In this document: in pieces, positions 1 through 11,289 of the stretch
Layout of the letters: every line of letters begins with the position of its first letter
Position numbering within the stretch: position 1 is the first letter of the stretch
Assembly: GCF_001194135.2 (NCBI RefSeq)
Contig: NC_068997.1
Coordinates: 32,219,876-32,255,708, forward strand
Direction of reading: 5' to 3'
DNA from: Octopus bimaculoides
Taxonomy: Eukaryota
Length of the DNA: 35,833 nt
Position numbers and translations under genes: made by a program
The notes under the pieces: generated by a model
Database searches by the model: none
Told to the model about the DNA's origin: nothing
The model's input: only the letters and a program-made list of their open reading frames with translations

Positions 1-32
<32 letters not shown>
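1..32. repeat. (TA)n microsatellite
   Basis: Pure TA run at the window start. Confidence 0.97.
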
Positions 33-35
<3 letters not shown>

Positions 36-36
<1 letters not shown>

Positions 37-335
37 GCCATCTATATATACTGTGTCAACTAGTCTAAGTCAAACAATATCTTAGCAATCCACCCGATGT
101 ATATACTTTGTAAGTGTCAATCCACTCCCTGTATCTACCTATCTGTGCAACCAGATCACCTCTACATATTGATCTATTTATTATCTGCACACTATATCTA
201 TCCAGTGGTATTTTATTCACTGTCAATCTATCCAGAAATTATCTACATACTGTACCTATCTATCCCAAGTGCCCGTTACAACTTACAGATACGATTTTTC
301 TTAGAATAATGATATATATTTTAAGCTATTTCTAG
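36..335 (+). repeat. Degenerate cryptic satellite (ctatct/gtcaac/ctacac motifs), locus 1
   Basis: Recurrent ctatct, tgtcaa and tctaca words resemble the better-preserved array at 7870-8830. Confidence 0.5.
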
Positions 336-1025
336 ATAATTCCTTTTCCTCTCTCTATTGTGGTAAAGTTTGGTATATACTCAAAAGTATTCATAAATTT
401 CTATCCTTTTGTTATAATATTCTTCTTAATAATCCTCTGAATAACCCTAAACTTTAACTGTATACAATATAGCAACATTGTTTAAAATATTTAACTATAG
501 TACTACGTGATAAGACTTCCCCTGTTTGATTATCAATGGTCTGCTAGAGGGCGACCCCCTTAATTGTCAGCTAACATCTTGTTTTAAGTTTTCCTTTACC
601 AAACCTCATGATATTGCATCTAATAAACCTTGATTTTTATGATTATACCAACTATGTCTGCTCCCTCAGTCCTACCCCTAACAGATACTGCCCCTTTGTT
701 CTCTCAGCATTAGATATACAAAGAATTGATAAACTAGTCTATAAATTAAAACTCATCCCATAAAAACAAAAAATCAGTGACAGGCAGAGTCGGTAACAAT
801 GTATATCTTCTTTAGTGAAGGCAGCATGTTTTTTGTCTATCTCCTTAACTTCTTGGAGATTTTAGGTATAATTATCTGTTCTAATTTAATTAAATTCTAT
901 GTCTTTGTACAGCTGAGGATTGCTCTGCATTTTAAATTGATGTAATGATTGCATTGTTCAATTAAATGGAGTTGCATGAAACGATCTTACTGCATTACCT
1001 CTGAATATCCTTGTTGCTTATTTTG

Positions 1026-1028
<3 letters not shown>

Positions 1029-1063
<35 letters not shown>

Positions 1064-1236
1064 CAATTAATAAGAGGAATGACCACTAAAGTGGATTCTT
1101 AATATGCTAAACATAGATATCAAATCGCCTTACCACGAAGAGTGTGTTCTCAAGAAAAATCTCAGCAATATATATATATATGTATGTGTGTGTATTATGT
1201 GTGTATGTGAGTGTGTGTGTGTGTGTGTGCGTGTGT
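1029..1236. repeat. (TA)n at 1029-1061 and (TA)/(TG)n at ~1168-1236
   Basis: Direct reading of the runs. Confidence 0.9.
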
Positions 1237-1548
1237 ATAAATATTATGTATAATAATTTTTAAAAAATAATAAAAACTGAATTTCTGTTGAAGGGAAGTT
1301 ATTTAAAAACGCATTAATGGCGATCATTTCAAGGTGAATTTGCTTTTCTGTTTTTTTTTTTCCAGCCCTTTTAATATTTGATAACTTGAAGGATTTCCTT
1401 GAATCTGCATCAGACTTACTTAGACCAAAAGAACACTGAGAACCATTGACTAAAATTGCCAGCTGGAGCAACATCAGATATTTCATTATAGAATTAGTTA
1501 CTAGTTTGAGTATGCAAATTCAAAATTGTTCGGGGAGTGAAAATAATT

Positions 1549-1759
1549 ATTTCATATTTTGGTACACGGCCAGCAATTTTAGAGGGAGGGAACTCAGTCA
1601 TTTACCTCAACCCAATACTTGACTGGTACCATATTTTATGAAATCCGTAAAGATGCAAGACAAAGTTGACTTCAGCAGGAATTAAATTCAGAACGTATAG
1701 TGCTGAAAGAAATGCCGTTAATAATTTTTTTCGATGCGCAAACGATTCTATCGCCTCCC
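1549..1759 (-). mobile_element. SINE family B, degenerate copy
   Basis: Aligns with other B copies: ggccagcaatttt..gaggg, ctggtac, caaagttgac, ttcagaacgta, aacgattct. Confidence 0.7.
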
Positions 1760-1989
1760 TCGTTTCGAAAATAGTAAAACCATTTTTATTATCCTGTTTC
1801 CGTATATGTTCTTTATGTCTAGTTGTCATACGTAGCTCATTTAGAATATTCTTTGCGCTTCTGCTGAATCAAGGCTTATATTCTTTTCTTCTATATTTTC
1901 TGAAGACTACTAGCAGCTACTAGTAGAAAGTTCTAAGTCGATGTCTATTCGTACGAGTGAGCTGTATTTCTCCACATTATAGAGACTGT

Positions 1990-2160
1990 CTTTTCCACTT
2001 TAGTGCGTGTTGATCTTGGTGCGTGATTGTGGTCAGTTGGCTGCTTTTGAATTTTATTTCTGTCAGTAGACATTCGACGTCTTGACGCTAACGTATGAAA
2101 AGCCATTAAGAATTAGCCGACGTTTTCCGTTTCTACTCAATGCAAACTTCGTTTCACCTA
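1990..2160 (-). pseudogene. Possible FLYWCH zinc-finger relic (Mutator/MULE-like transposon fragment)
   Basis: Minus-strand translation FALSRNGKRRLILNGFSYVSVKTSNVY*QK*NSKAAN*P resembles the FLYWCH pattern F..S.RG...L...G..Y......YW.C.....C, with TGA stops where W and C are expected. Confidence 0.4.
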
Positions 2161-2499
2161 TGGCTAAAAATAATCGATATTCAACAGGCACATGTAGACG
2201 TAATGAATTTTGTGTCGTATTTTCTGTTGGATTGATCGGAAGTTTTGATGTCCGCAAAATTATACTCAACAATAATTACAAATCACATGACTGTTGAGAG
2301 AAATCTACAAAATAACATTGATAAAATTACTTGGCAATCAACTATTTTAATGTGTGCTTCAGTCAGAATTAATATTTGAAAACAGACATTTTTGAAAAAC
2401 CAGACGTTGAAACGCAAACAACGAACTGTGTCTAGTTTCTGTATATACGCTGATAGAACAATATTTTTGAAAATTCTACTTAAAGTTCGAAGTACAACA

Positions 2500-2569
2500 A
2501 ACACACATACACACGAACACACAAACACACACACGCGCGCGCGTACTCCCACACAAAAACACACAGGCA

Positions 2570-2632
<63 letters not shown>
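2500..2632. repeat. (CA)n compound microsatellite
   Basis: Direct reading. Confidence 0.95.
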
Positions 2633-2634
<2 letters not shown>

Positions 2635-4992
2635 TGTTAAGTGAATTGAATTATGAAAATTTGGTTTGAAATAGAAAAACAACGGAATCATAAAAATTTC
2701 AGAAAACCGGACATCTTTAAACTAAAAGGAAAAAAAAAATAGGGTGCAGGAATGATGATATTCTTAGCTGAACCAGGAAAAGAACAAAACAAAAGGAAGT
2801 GGAAACATAGATATATTACAACCGAAGTTGGAATATTCAGAAATATGTGCCCAGCTATGAAGCAATTGTGACTAGGCGGTAGTATCATGTTAAATTAAAA
2901 AATAATGAGATATAAGTGTTTTGGTTTGAAGGGTGAATCTACCTTCCCTCACTAAAAATAAAGAAAAACGGAAATTTATCCCAACTAGAGACAAACGCTT
3001 GAATCTGGATTTTCAAAGCTTCTCATGATGCTCTGAAAATCCAACACTTTTAGGTTCTTGAGACCCTACACTCTTGCTTCCAACTCTCATGGCTTCTATA
3101 AAGCTAGACCAACAAATTCCTTTTCTCTAAAGGGCACAAATTTTAATTTATCTTCATCAGACTCAACATAAACCAATAATTATGATCTCGTTTAGATATG
3201 CATGTGAGAGGATGCCATGAGGAGAAATGGTCATTCAAATTTAAGTACATTTGCCAACATGCTGCTTAAGTGTAGCTTAGTCTTCCTTTTAATCTTTTCC
3301 CTCTCTTTTTTTTTCCATCTAAACCCACTCAAAACATTATTTAAATTCAAATTCCGACTTCTGCAGCAATATTTTAAAGCGTCTTATCCTATATTTTCCA
3401 GGTTCAGTTAATTAAGAATACTATCAATTCTACTCTCGCATTTTTCCTGCGAGTCCACTCTTGTTACAGACGACAACGTTTTTCAGCCCTAAAATAGTTG
3501 TTATTGACACAAACTTTAAACCTTAGCAAAGATAAATTACTGAAATTTAAAAAAGAAAATTTAAATTAGAGTGAAAATGTAAACTTTAAAAACGATAATA
3601 AGTAATTGTGTAAAAATGCCTCGACACAAAGGAGACAACTGCCAATAAAGCAGCTGTCGAAGAGTTGAATGTCGGAAGTCAGAAAGCACAGTAGCAAATA
3701 TAAGTCGAACCACTTGAGGCAAACGGAATCTGATCACGTTTATATCCCCAAGAAACACATTCAGCACACAACGAGACCTTTCATATTATCAGGCCCGAGG
3801 TGCATTTGAGACCACCATGAGAAGCAAAGCATCAGATGGCCAGTTTGGTGATGCCTTGGGTGTTGCTCTGTAGAACCTTGTAATGGCATTTGGTTCTTCT
3901 CTCGTCCAGTTCTTTGCAGTCCGTGCCGCATCCAGCCATGCGAATCGAGAGGAGGTTGATAGATAAACAACAGAAGGAGGAGGAGATAAACGTTTATGTA
4001 ATTATTTTGAAAAAAAAAATCAGAAATAATTTATATATAATTCGGAAAATTAAAAAAAAAACACATCTTGATTTTTTTTTTTTTGTATTGACATTCAAAT
4101 CAAAGAAGTACTTTTAAAATCATTTAAATAAAAATAATATTTCATATAATAGATTTCGCAAGGATAAATTGTTATCACCCAATACCATTAATTTATTAAA
4201 TTTTAATATATTTGATTAATTTTTACCAAATCTAATTCACAGTTCTAAATTTGGTTCTAAGCAGTTGTATTTATTATTTTAATTATTAATTATTTGTATT
4301 GATTAATTTATACTGTTTGGTACGGAAATAAACGTAGGAAACAAATCTTGGCCAAACAATTAAAAGATAGAACCTATTTTGAAATCGACAAGTGATAGAT
4401 ACAATTTAATGAGCTTAAATTGGCATATTTATGATTTAAATGTATGAATAATTTTATTCTCAGACTTTTGGCATTTTAAAAATTCCTAAATGAAGAATAT
4501 TTTTTGCACCAAAATTTGCATCTAAAACCACTATATCTGCACCTAAAATTCGCTCTCTACATATGATTTATTTAATACACATACTTCTAAAATACTGGAA
4601 AACTGGAAAAGTCTGAGCTTCAAACACGCATCCAAGTCATTATCGAAGATGGACTGGAAAAACTGCAGTAAATATGACAAAAAACACATCACATCATTTC
4701 TTAGATAAGATACTCGTTTAAATAAAATGATTTCAATGAAACAAATCTAATTCTGTAAACCTCGTCAAAACTGATGCAGTAACAAAAAATTGTGGGACAA
4801 AAATTAGTTATATTTGATCTGATGAACTAGCTTTCTTTCTTTGTATTGTATTGTATAATGCATAACATTCATATTAGTGGAAACTTAGCTTTATTCTATT
4901 CTGAGATTATGACTGCCGTAACCCTAAGAATGTAAAGTGATTAAATAATTATATTCATTTCTCATTGCTCGAACATTTTGTCATACATGTAT

Positions 4993-5078
4993 ATCTTTTA
5001 TCTTTTGTTTCAGTCATTTGACTGCAGCTATGCTGGGACACCACCTTGGAGAATTTTTACTTGAATGGATTGACTCCA
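4993..5078 (-). mobile_element. SINE family A, 3' fragment
   Basis: tcttttgtttcagtcatttgactgcagctatgctgg..caccacctt is the reverse complement of the family A tail seen at 9290-9346 and 10255-10322. Confidence 0.85.
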
Positions 5079-5089
5079 TTCTACCCCAA

Positions 5090-5376
5090 GTTTTTGAACA
5101 GGGTGTTAGGCTCAATCCAGACGGTTATGGGAAGCTGCTGGAGACTGTAGTCAGACTCTGGATGGAGAGGATTGTTCTGGAAGGCCATATGTGCGAGAGC
5201 AGGATTCGATTTTTTGCCATACCTCCAGAGAGTCAGAAATGATTGTCGGAGAATTTCTACGACCTTACCAGCCCCAGTTTGTGGCCTTCTTACTCCCCTC
5301 GATTGTAATCCCATGGATTAATATGTGCGCGGTATCGTTGAGAAAAACACCAAATTCTCTGACTGCAACACCAAGG
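5090..5376 (+). pseudogene. Tc1/mariner-superfamily transposase C-terminal relic, DD37D (maT)-like
   Basis: Frameshifted translation GVRLNPDGYGKLLETVVRLWMERIV / EQDSIFCHTS / SQK*LSENFYDLTSPSLWPSYSP / DCNPMD*YVRGIVEKNT matches the QQD.APCH...WPP.SPD.NP.DY.VW catalytic region. Spacing between the second and third Asp is about 37 residues after frameshift correction. Confidence 0.85.
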
Positions 5377-5379
5377 CTG

Positions 5380-5560
5380 TACATACATACATACATACAT
5401 ACATACATACATACATACATACATACATACCTACATCCATACATACATACATACATATATATATATATATGTTAATTCTCTAAATGAAGTATTAACAGTG
5501 TACACATATATAAGTATATATGCATATGTATGTATACATACATACATTCGTGTGTGTGTA
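5380..5560. repeat. (TACA)n/(TA)n compound microsatellite
   Basis: Direct reading. Confidence 0.93.
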
Positions 5561-5967
5561 TTGCGAGAGATTATATTAAACCATTTATGCCAAAAGCGCA
5601 ATGCAAAATAAACAATGAGAGCGTGATGGGTGGGGTAACAAATTGAACCTTTATTAATTGTATAACACATACAAATCTTCTTTCTTAATATTACATAATC
5701 AGGAGATAAGTATGTGTTAAATTCCATCAAAGTCTTGGCGAAGGAAGGTTTATCTATAAATCAGATACATTGCTTTTAAATGAGTTATGCTAGCAGCATT
5801 GTGCAAGATATTTCAAATATTTTAGTGCAGGGCCAAACTTTGTTTATATGATCGACCGGGATTTTAGGTGATGAGACATCTTTGGCTCAAGAACAAGAAG
5901 ACCTTCATTTGCTACACATCCTTTCTTAAGCACAGATGCCATGTTCCGTCATTAAACTAGTACCACC

Positions 5968-6160
5968 TTATTATTGTTTTTGGCGCCGCCAAGTCAGCTC
6001 TGGCTGAGGAGACTTATAGCTAAAAGCATTTTAGTGTTGAACATACATATTTTGTATATCAAGGACTACATTTTCTAGTGAATCATTTTCTTTTCAGGAC
6101 AGTAGAGAGAATTTGAAGGAATTTAGCAGCTATTTCTAGCTGGCCGAGTCATCATAGACT
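5968..6160 (+). mobile_element. Dispersed repeat family D (SINE-like), copy
   Basis: Shares ttgttt..caagtcagc..gagacttat..aaagcatt and gctatttctagc with copies at 13878, 15751, 25190 and 28043. Confidence 0.6.
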
Positions 6161-6458
6161 CCTTGTATCTCGTTTATATTTAGTATTTGTAGAGTGAGAT
6201 GGCATTAGATGTGCGTTGTTCATGAATAGCGTAATTCCTAAAGATTTACAGTGTTTGGGATTTGGTAAGGTTGAATGAAAGTATGCATGTCTCCTTATCC
6301 CTGTCAACGTCTAAATTTGTATTGTTCATGATTAGATGTAGATTTGTAAATCTACAGACGTGAGATTTATTATCGGTTAAAGATTTCGTAGCCGTTAGTG
6401 CTTCAGAGAAGCTGAGTATCAGTGAGCAGGTCTTAAATGTACAAGACTCTGATACAAC

Positions 6459-6612
6459 AGTTTCAAATTTTAGAACTAAGCTAGCAATTCTAAGGGAGGG
6501 GAAAATCGATTATATCGATCTTAATGTTCGACGGGTACTTATCTTATCGATCCTGAAAGGATGGAAGGTCAAGTCGAACTTGGCGGAATTTGAACTCAGA
6601 ACGTAAAGAGCT
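6459..6612 (-). mobile_element. SINE family B, copy lacking most of the head
   Basis: tttcaaatttt..gctagcaatt..ggaggggaaaatcgat..gaaaggatg..ggcggaatttgaactcagaacgtaaaga. Confidence 0.9.
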
Positions 6613-6635
6613 CGCTGTCAGTTTGATACAAACTG

Positions 6636-6833
6636 ATGGCTTCAAATGCTGGTACAAGGCTAGCAATTTCAAGTGGAGGGGTAAAGTCGAATACACAGAT
6701 CCCCAGTGCTCAGCTGGTACTTATTTCATCGATCTCGAAAGGATGAAAGGCAAAGTCGATCTCTGCAGAATTTGAACCCAGAGCGTAGTAAAGACGGACA
6801 AAATGCATGCTAACGATTCTACCAGCTCGCCTC
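6636..6833 (-). mobile_element. SINE family B, near full length
   Basis: Runs from the tail to the tRNA-like head (gctaacgattctaccagctcgcc), with B-box-like GTTCAAATTC on the minus strand. Confidence 0.92.
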
Positions 6834-6839
6834 CTTATT

Positions 6840-7011
6840 AATAATCCTCTCTACTAAAAGCACAAGGCCCGGAATTTGGCGCGGGGATGGTTACTCGATT
6901 ACATTGACCCCAGTACTTGACTAGTACTGACTTTATTGACCCCAAAAGGATGAAAAGCAAAGTCGGCCTCGGCGGAATTTGAACTCAGAACGGAAAGACG
7001 GGCGAAATACC
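6840..7011 (-). mobile_element. SINE family B (ataatcc..ctact tail variant)
   Basis: ataatcctctctactaaaagcacaaggcc...ggcggaatttgaactcagaacggaaagacg. Confidence 0.92.
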
Positions 7012-7244
7012 CTTGATACCTAATAATGCAAGATAATATCAATAATAGAACTAAAATGGATGTATGATTGTGTATTTTCAGTGGCTACAAAATCCCGGTC
7101 ACGATGCAAATCTCTTAAGATAGAATATGAACTTAATGTATGAAGAACGAACACGTTTTTATGGAAAATTCAGAATATTTAGGAAGTCTTGAGATAAATA
7201 AATATTCAAATAAAGATAAAGAATGAAATAAGAAAATTGATTTA

Positions 7245-7550
7245 CATACACGCACGCACACACACTCACACACACACACACTCTCTCTCACACACACACC
7301 GATACAAACACACACATACATACACGCACAAACACGCACGCACGCACGCTCGTACACGCGCGCGCATACACTCACACACACATACACACACAAACACTCA
7401 CACACGTGCGTGCATACAGACACACACACACGCACGCACGGTCGCATGGACACACACATGCACACACACACGCGGACGCATGGACACACACACGCACACN
7501 NNNNNNNNNCACACACACACACACACACGCACACACACACACACACACAT
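7245..7550. repeat. (CA)n/(CACG)n compound microsatellite containing a 10-N gap (7500-7509)
   Basis: Direct reading. Confidence 0.95.
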
Positions 7551-7869
7551 GTACAATTAGAAATAAAATTAATGTAAAAAAATATCCACTAACTCAGTTT
7601 CCAGGCATGGAAACTAAATGGAGAATTAAAGTAAACAAATATATGATAATTTTATGCTTATGAAAGGAATTTCTCTTAAACGAAAGAAAAATAAACATGA
7701 TTTTTCTCTCCTCTTGTTTTGTTAAGACATTCTTTGAATTCCTGCAGCTTTCTTCCGTAAGAAAATCTCTTAAAAATAAAGGATACAACTGAGGATTTTC
7801 ATTTCATGTAATAAATATTAATAACTTGATGCAGCCAGTCGACGTCTCTTGCTGTGTTTATTTATCCAA

Positions 7870-8830
7870 CTGACGTCGACACACTGTGTCTACCTGTCTA
7901 GTCGATGTCTACACTGTATTTGTCTATCTAGCCGATGTCTACAGTGTCTATTTATTTAGTCGACGTCCTCTCATACTATCTGTCTAACGATGTCTAAACA
8001 CTGGGACTACCTATACAGCCGATGCCTACACAGTGTCTATCTATCTAGCCACACTTTGTCTATCTGTGTAGCCAATGTCTACACACAATGTCTATCTAGC
8101 CGAATCATTGTGTCTATTTAACCGACGTCTGCACACTGCCTAACTCACCAATGTCTATACATCATCAACCTAAGTGACGCCTAAGCTTGTGTCTATCTAG
8201 CAGACGCCAACACACCTATCTATTTACCCGACGTCTACACATAGAATCTATCAACCGAACTGATAACAGTCACTATCTACCTGACCTAGTGGTTCTCAAC
8301 CGTTTTTTACCTATGGACCCTTTTCATTATTATTTTATTCTGGTGAAGCTCCATAGCCATTTGATGTTTAAAAACTAGTTTTATAGAAACTTCTTTCAAA
8401 ATTCCTATTTTGTTTTTCACACATTAACTTGTGTAGATTGAACTATGTAAAATGTTAGAGAAACAAATCTAGCTGTTTCTTGCAATAAATACATCTAAAT
8501 GAAATCTTTTTTCACGGACCCTTAATATAGTATTGTGGTTTCCTAATTTACTATTTTGCTTGCGTGGACCACCAAAATCTTCTATGGACTCCCATATGGA
8601 CCCCATTTGGGAATCACTGACATAACCGATACCCTGTATCTATCTGTCAAACCGACATCCCTACACTGTATCTATTTAGATGATGTCTACACAGCGTCTA
8701 TCTCAACAGTCGCTTCTACACACTGTGACAGCATCCACTAAATAATATCTACACACTTCTTTAACTACTCTAGCATCGTTTACATTCTGCATCAATCTAT
8801 TCTCTTCAGTCAACATCCGCATACTGAATC
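7870..8830 (+). repeat. Cryptic ~27-32-bp satellite (consensus about tgtctatctagccgatgtctacaca), interrupted by a hAT MITE
   Basis: The gycgaygtcta core recurs at 7901, 7931, 7959, 7986 and 8018 (spacings 30, 28, 27, 32), and the array continues after the MITE. Confidence 0.8.
8287..8619 (+). mobile_element. hAT (Buster/Charlie-type) MITE, copy 1
   Basis: Termini tagtggttctcaacc ... tttgggaatcactg. Flanking 8-mers acctgacc / acataacc match 6/8. The interior is homologous to 16814-17175 and, in reverse, to 31491-31833. Confidence 0.88.
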
Positions 8831-8884
8831 TATACGCTCGGTAAACATAAACTCAGTAAATAAGTGTCCAAGTAATATCTACAT

Positions 8885-9346
<462 letters not shown>

Positions 9347-9480
9347 GCTAAGATAGATAGATCGAGTACACAGGTGTGAAAGGGAGAGATGAACACGGTG
9401 TGTAGATGTTGACAGCATAGATGGACGTATTGAGTAGATGGTTACTGAATGTCCGCAAGATATAGACGTTAACTGGATAT
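9347..9480 (-). repeat. Cryptic satellite segment in inverted orientation
   Basis: acacggtgtgtagatgttgac and gatagatagatcga are reverse complements of satellite words such as gtcaacatctacacac at 12405-12420. Confidence 0.55.
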
Positions 9481-9793
9481 TTCAAGGCTCTCAGAGTGGT
9501 CAGCATTGATCTGAGAATATTGATGGAGAGGTGCAGGAGATCGATAAGTCATTAGGTGATCAACTAGGAGTCGATAAAATTCAGGGATCGAAAACGTTTA
9601 ATTTTAAATCTTTAAAAATTGTACTGTTAATCTTATATGATTCGTAGCTCTCATGCCCTGACAAAACGACAAAACGGCAAAAGCGAGAATAGTTTTCTCG
9701 CACCTTCATTGCATGACTGTAAAGCTTTCTCATGTTTTGAAAACACTAACTTAGCAAAGAAAATATTTGCAATATCCTACGTTCACAACGTGG

Positions 9794-9835
9794 ATATATA
9801 TGCACTCTCTTTTTAAAAAGAGAGTGCATATATAT
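9794..9835. repeat. Perfect 42-bp palindrome with no spacer
   Basis: atatatatgcactctcttttt followed by aaaaagagagtgcatatatat; the arms are exact reverse complements. Confidence 0.97.
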
Positions 9836-10026
9836 TTAATACAACTATAAATTCATTTCTTAGCTCTTTAACTGGGAAGATTAGATGATCAGCGGTCAAA
9901 TGTAGAGGCTCTGTGTATGACATTAAACCTTATCCTTACACCTATTTTAATATATATAGCAGTTGTGGATTTGTGAATATATTTTCTACATCAAATTCTC
10001 GTCTTTCTCTTACCTTTCTTCTTCCA

Positions 10027-10129
10027 CCTCTCTCTCAATCTCTCTCTCTCAATCTCTCTCTCTCTCAATCTCTCTCTCACTCTCTCTCTCTCTCTCTCAC
10101 TCTCTCTCTCTCTCGATATTTGTACGTGT

Positions 10130-10176
<47 letters not shown>
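10027..10176. repeat. (CT)n followed by (CA)n microsatellites
   Basis: Direct reading. Confidence 0.95.
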
Positions 10177-10178
<2 letters not shown>

Positions 10179-10204
10179 TATCAAGCGAGCTGAATCAACT
10201 GTGT

Positions 10205-10322
10205 ACCGGGTTTAAAAAATAAGTACTGGAATCAATTTCTTCTACTAAACGCTTCAAGGCGGTGCCCCAGCATGGCCACACTCCAATGACTAGATAGAAT
10301 AAGTAAAAGATCAAAGATAGAA
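10205..10322 (+). mobile_element. SINE family A, 3' fragment
   Basis: aataagtactgg..ttcaaggcggtgccccagcatggcc..aatgact..gtaaaagatcaaagat. Confidence 0.88.
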
Positions 10323-10599
10323 TAAAGTTATCATAGTTTGTATTAGTTAAATTTATTGATAACTTTGAAGAAGACATCTGTTATAAAAAAATATTTGGAT
10401 GTATATCGGGAAAGGTTTGCAAACCCTTAATGTCATTCCCAGTTCTCAAATTAACATTTCATGCTGATATTGAAGAGGAGACGAAGACCTCTAACGATAC
10501 ATGCTTTAATATTTTGGATTTTGCATTTATGCAAGAAAGGTTTAGAAAATTTTAATGCCATTCTCAATTCTCGAATCAATATCTCATGCTGATGTTAAA

Positions 10600-11250
10600 A
10601 GGTGATGGAGAACTCGAACAAATATCCTTTGATATAACAAAAAGAAAAAAAAAACAACAAAAAACAAAAAAAAAACAAGCAAACACCAAACCGAATGTCA
10701 CAGTTATCGAAGGTATTATACCAGCCATAATGTAAGTCATAGAACTCGTTATGAAGAAGAACTCTAAAGTTATGTTTTTTAATAGCAAAATGTGTTGAAA
10801 TGATATCTTGAAAACTTCAACAACGTCCTGTAGATCCTGTAAAAAATACGTTATTTATGTATTTTTCTGTGTCAAATATCTTAAGGCTTGTTTGAAGAGA
10901 CAAATAATTTTCTTATATTTGGAGAAGTATTTGAGAAAACACACCATTCTTCTTAATGATGTTATGGCAGTTGCCTCTGATGGCGCATCAGTCATAATTG
11001 GTAAACAGCATTTTTATTTTGTCTTCTAAAAGAAAAAAAAAATCCTAATCTATTTTACGTACATTGTGTTTATTCAGACATCTTGTAGCAAACACCCCCA
11101 GAAGAAAGCTTCACAATATTCTGAAAACATATACCAACTTTGTAAAGAGAATGTAAACAAAACCACCCAGTTTTCGATTTATTGCGATATCAATGAAAAG
11201 AGTTTCAAGCAGTTTATTTTCCATTCTGAAGTAAAGCAATTTCCCAAAAT
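10600..11250 (+). pseudogene. hAT transposase relic 1 (Buster/Charlie/SPIN-like; GTF2IRD2/ZBED5/FAM200-related fold), highly decayed
   Basis: Successive motifs KPNVTVIEGIIPAIM*VIELVMK, LEKYLRKHTILLNDVMAVASDGASVIIGK (catalytic D), PNLFYVHCV..RHLVA (CxxH region) and FSIYCDINEKSFKQFIFHSEV (like LLLHTEVRW) appear in the expected order. Confidence 0.75.
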
Positions 11251-11289
11251 AGTTTACCCTGACATAATCGCTAGAAAAGAAAAGAAAAG

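Noticed and set aside
3760-3965. GC-richer segment possibly from a LINE 3' end (WLDAARTAKNW)
   Set aside because: No diagnostic motif could be matched with confidence.
6337-6356. 9-bp-arm palindrome tgtagattt-gt-aaatctaca (similar short ones at 27195-27212 and 35774-35791)
   Set aside because: Short and AT-rich, so plausible by chance in 36 kb.
7870-8280. Regularly spaced ~30-bp repeats resembling a CRISPR array
   Set aside because: The units are contiguous and degenerate with no unique spacers, there are no cas genes, and the context is eukaryotic.
9984-9998. 15-mer ttctacatcaaattc shared with 35670-35684
   Set aside because: Similarity does not clearly extend; at most a remnant of a common repeat.
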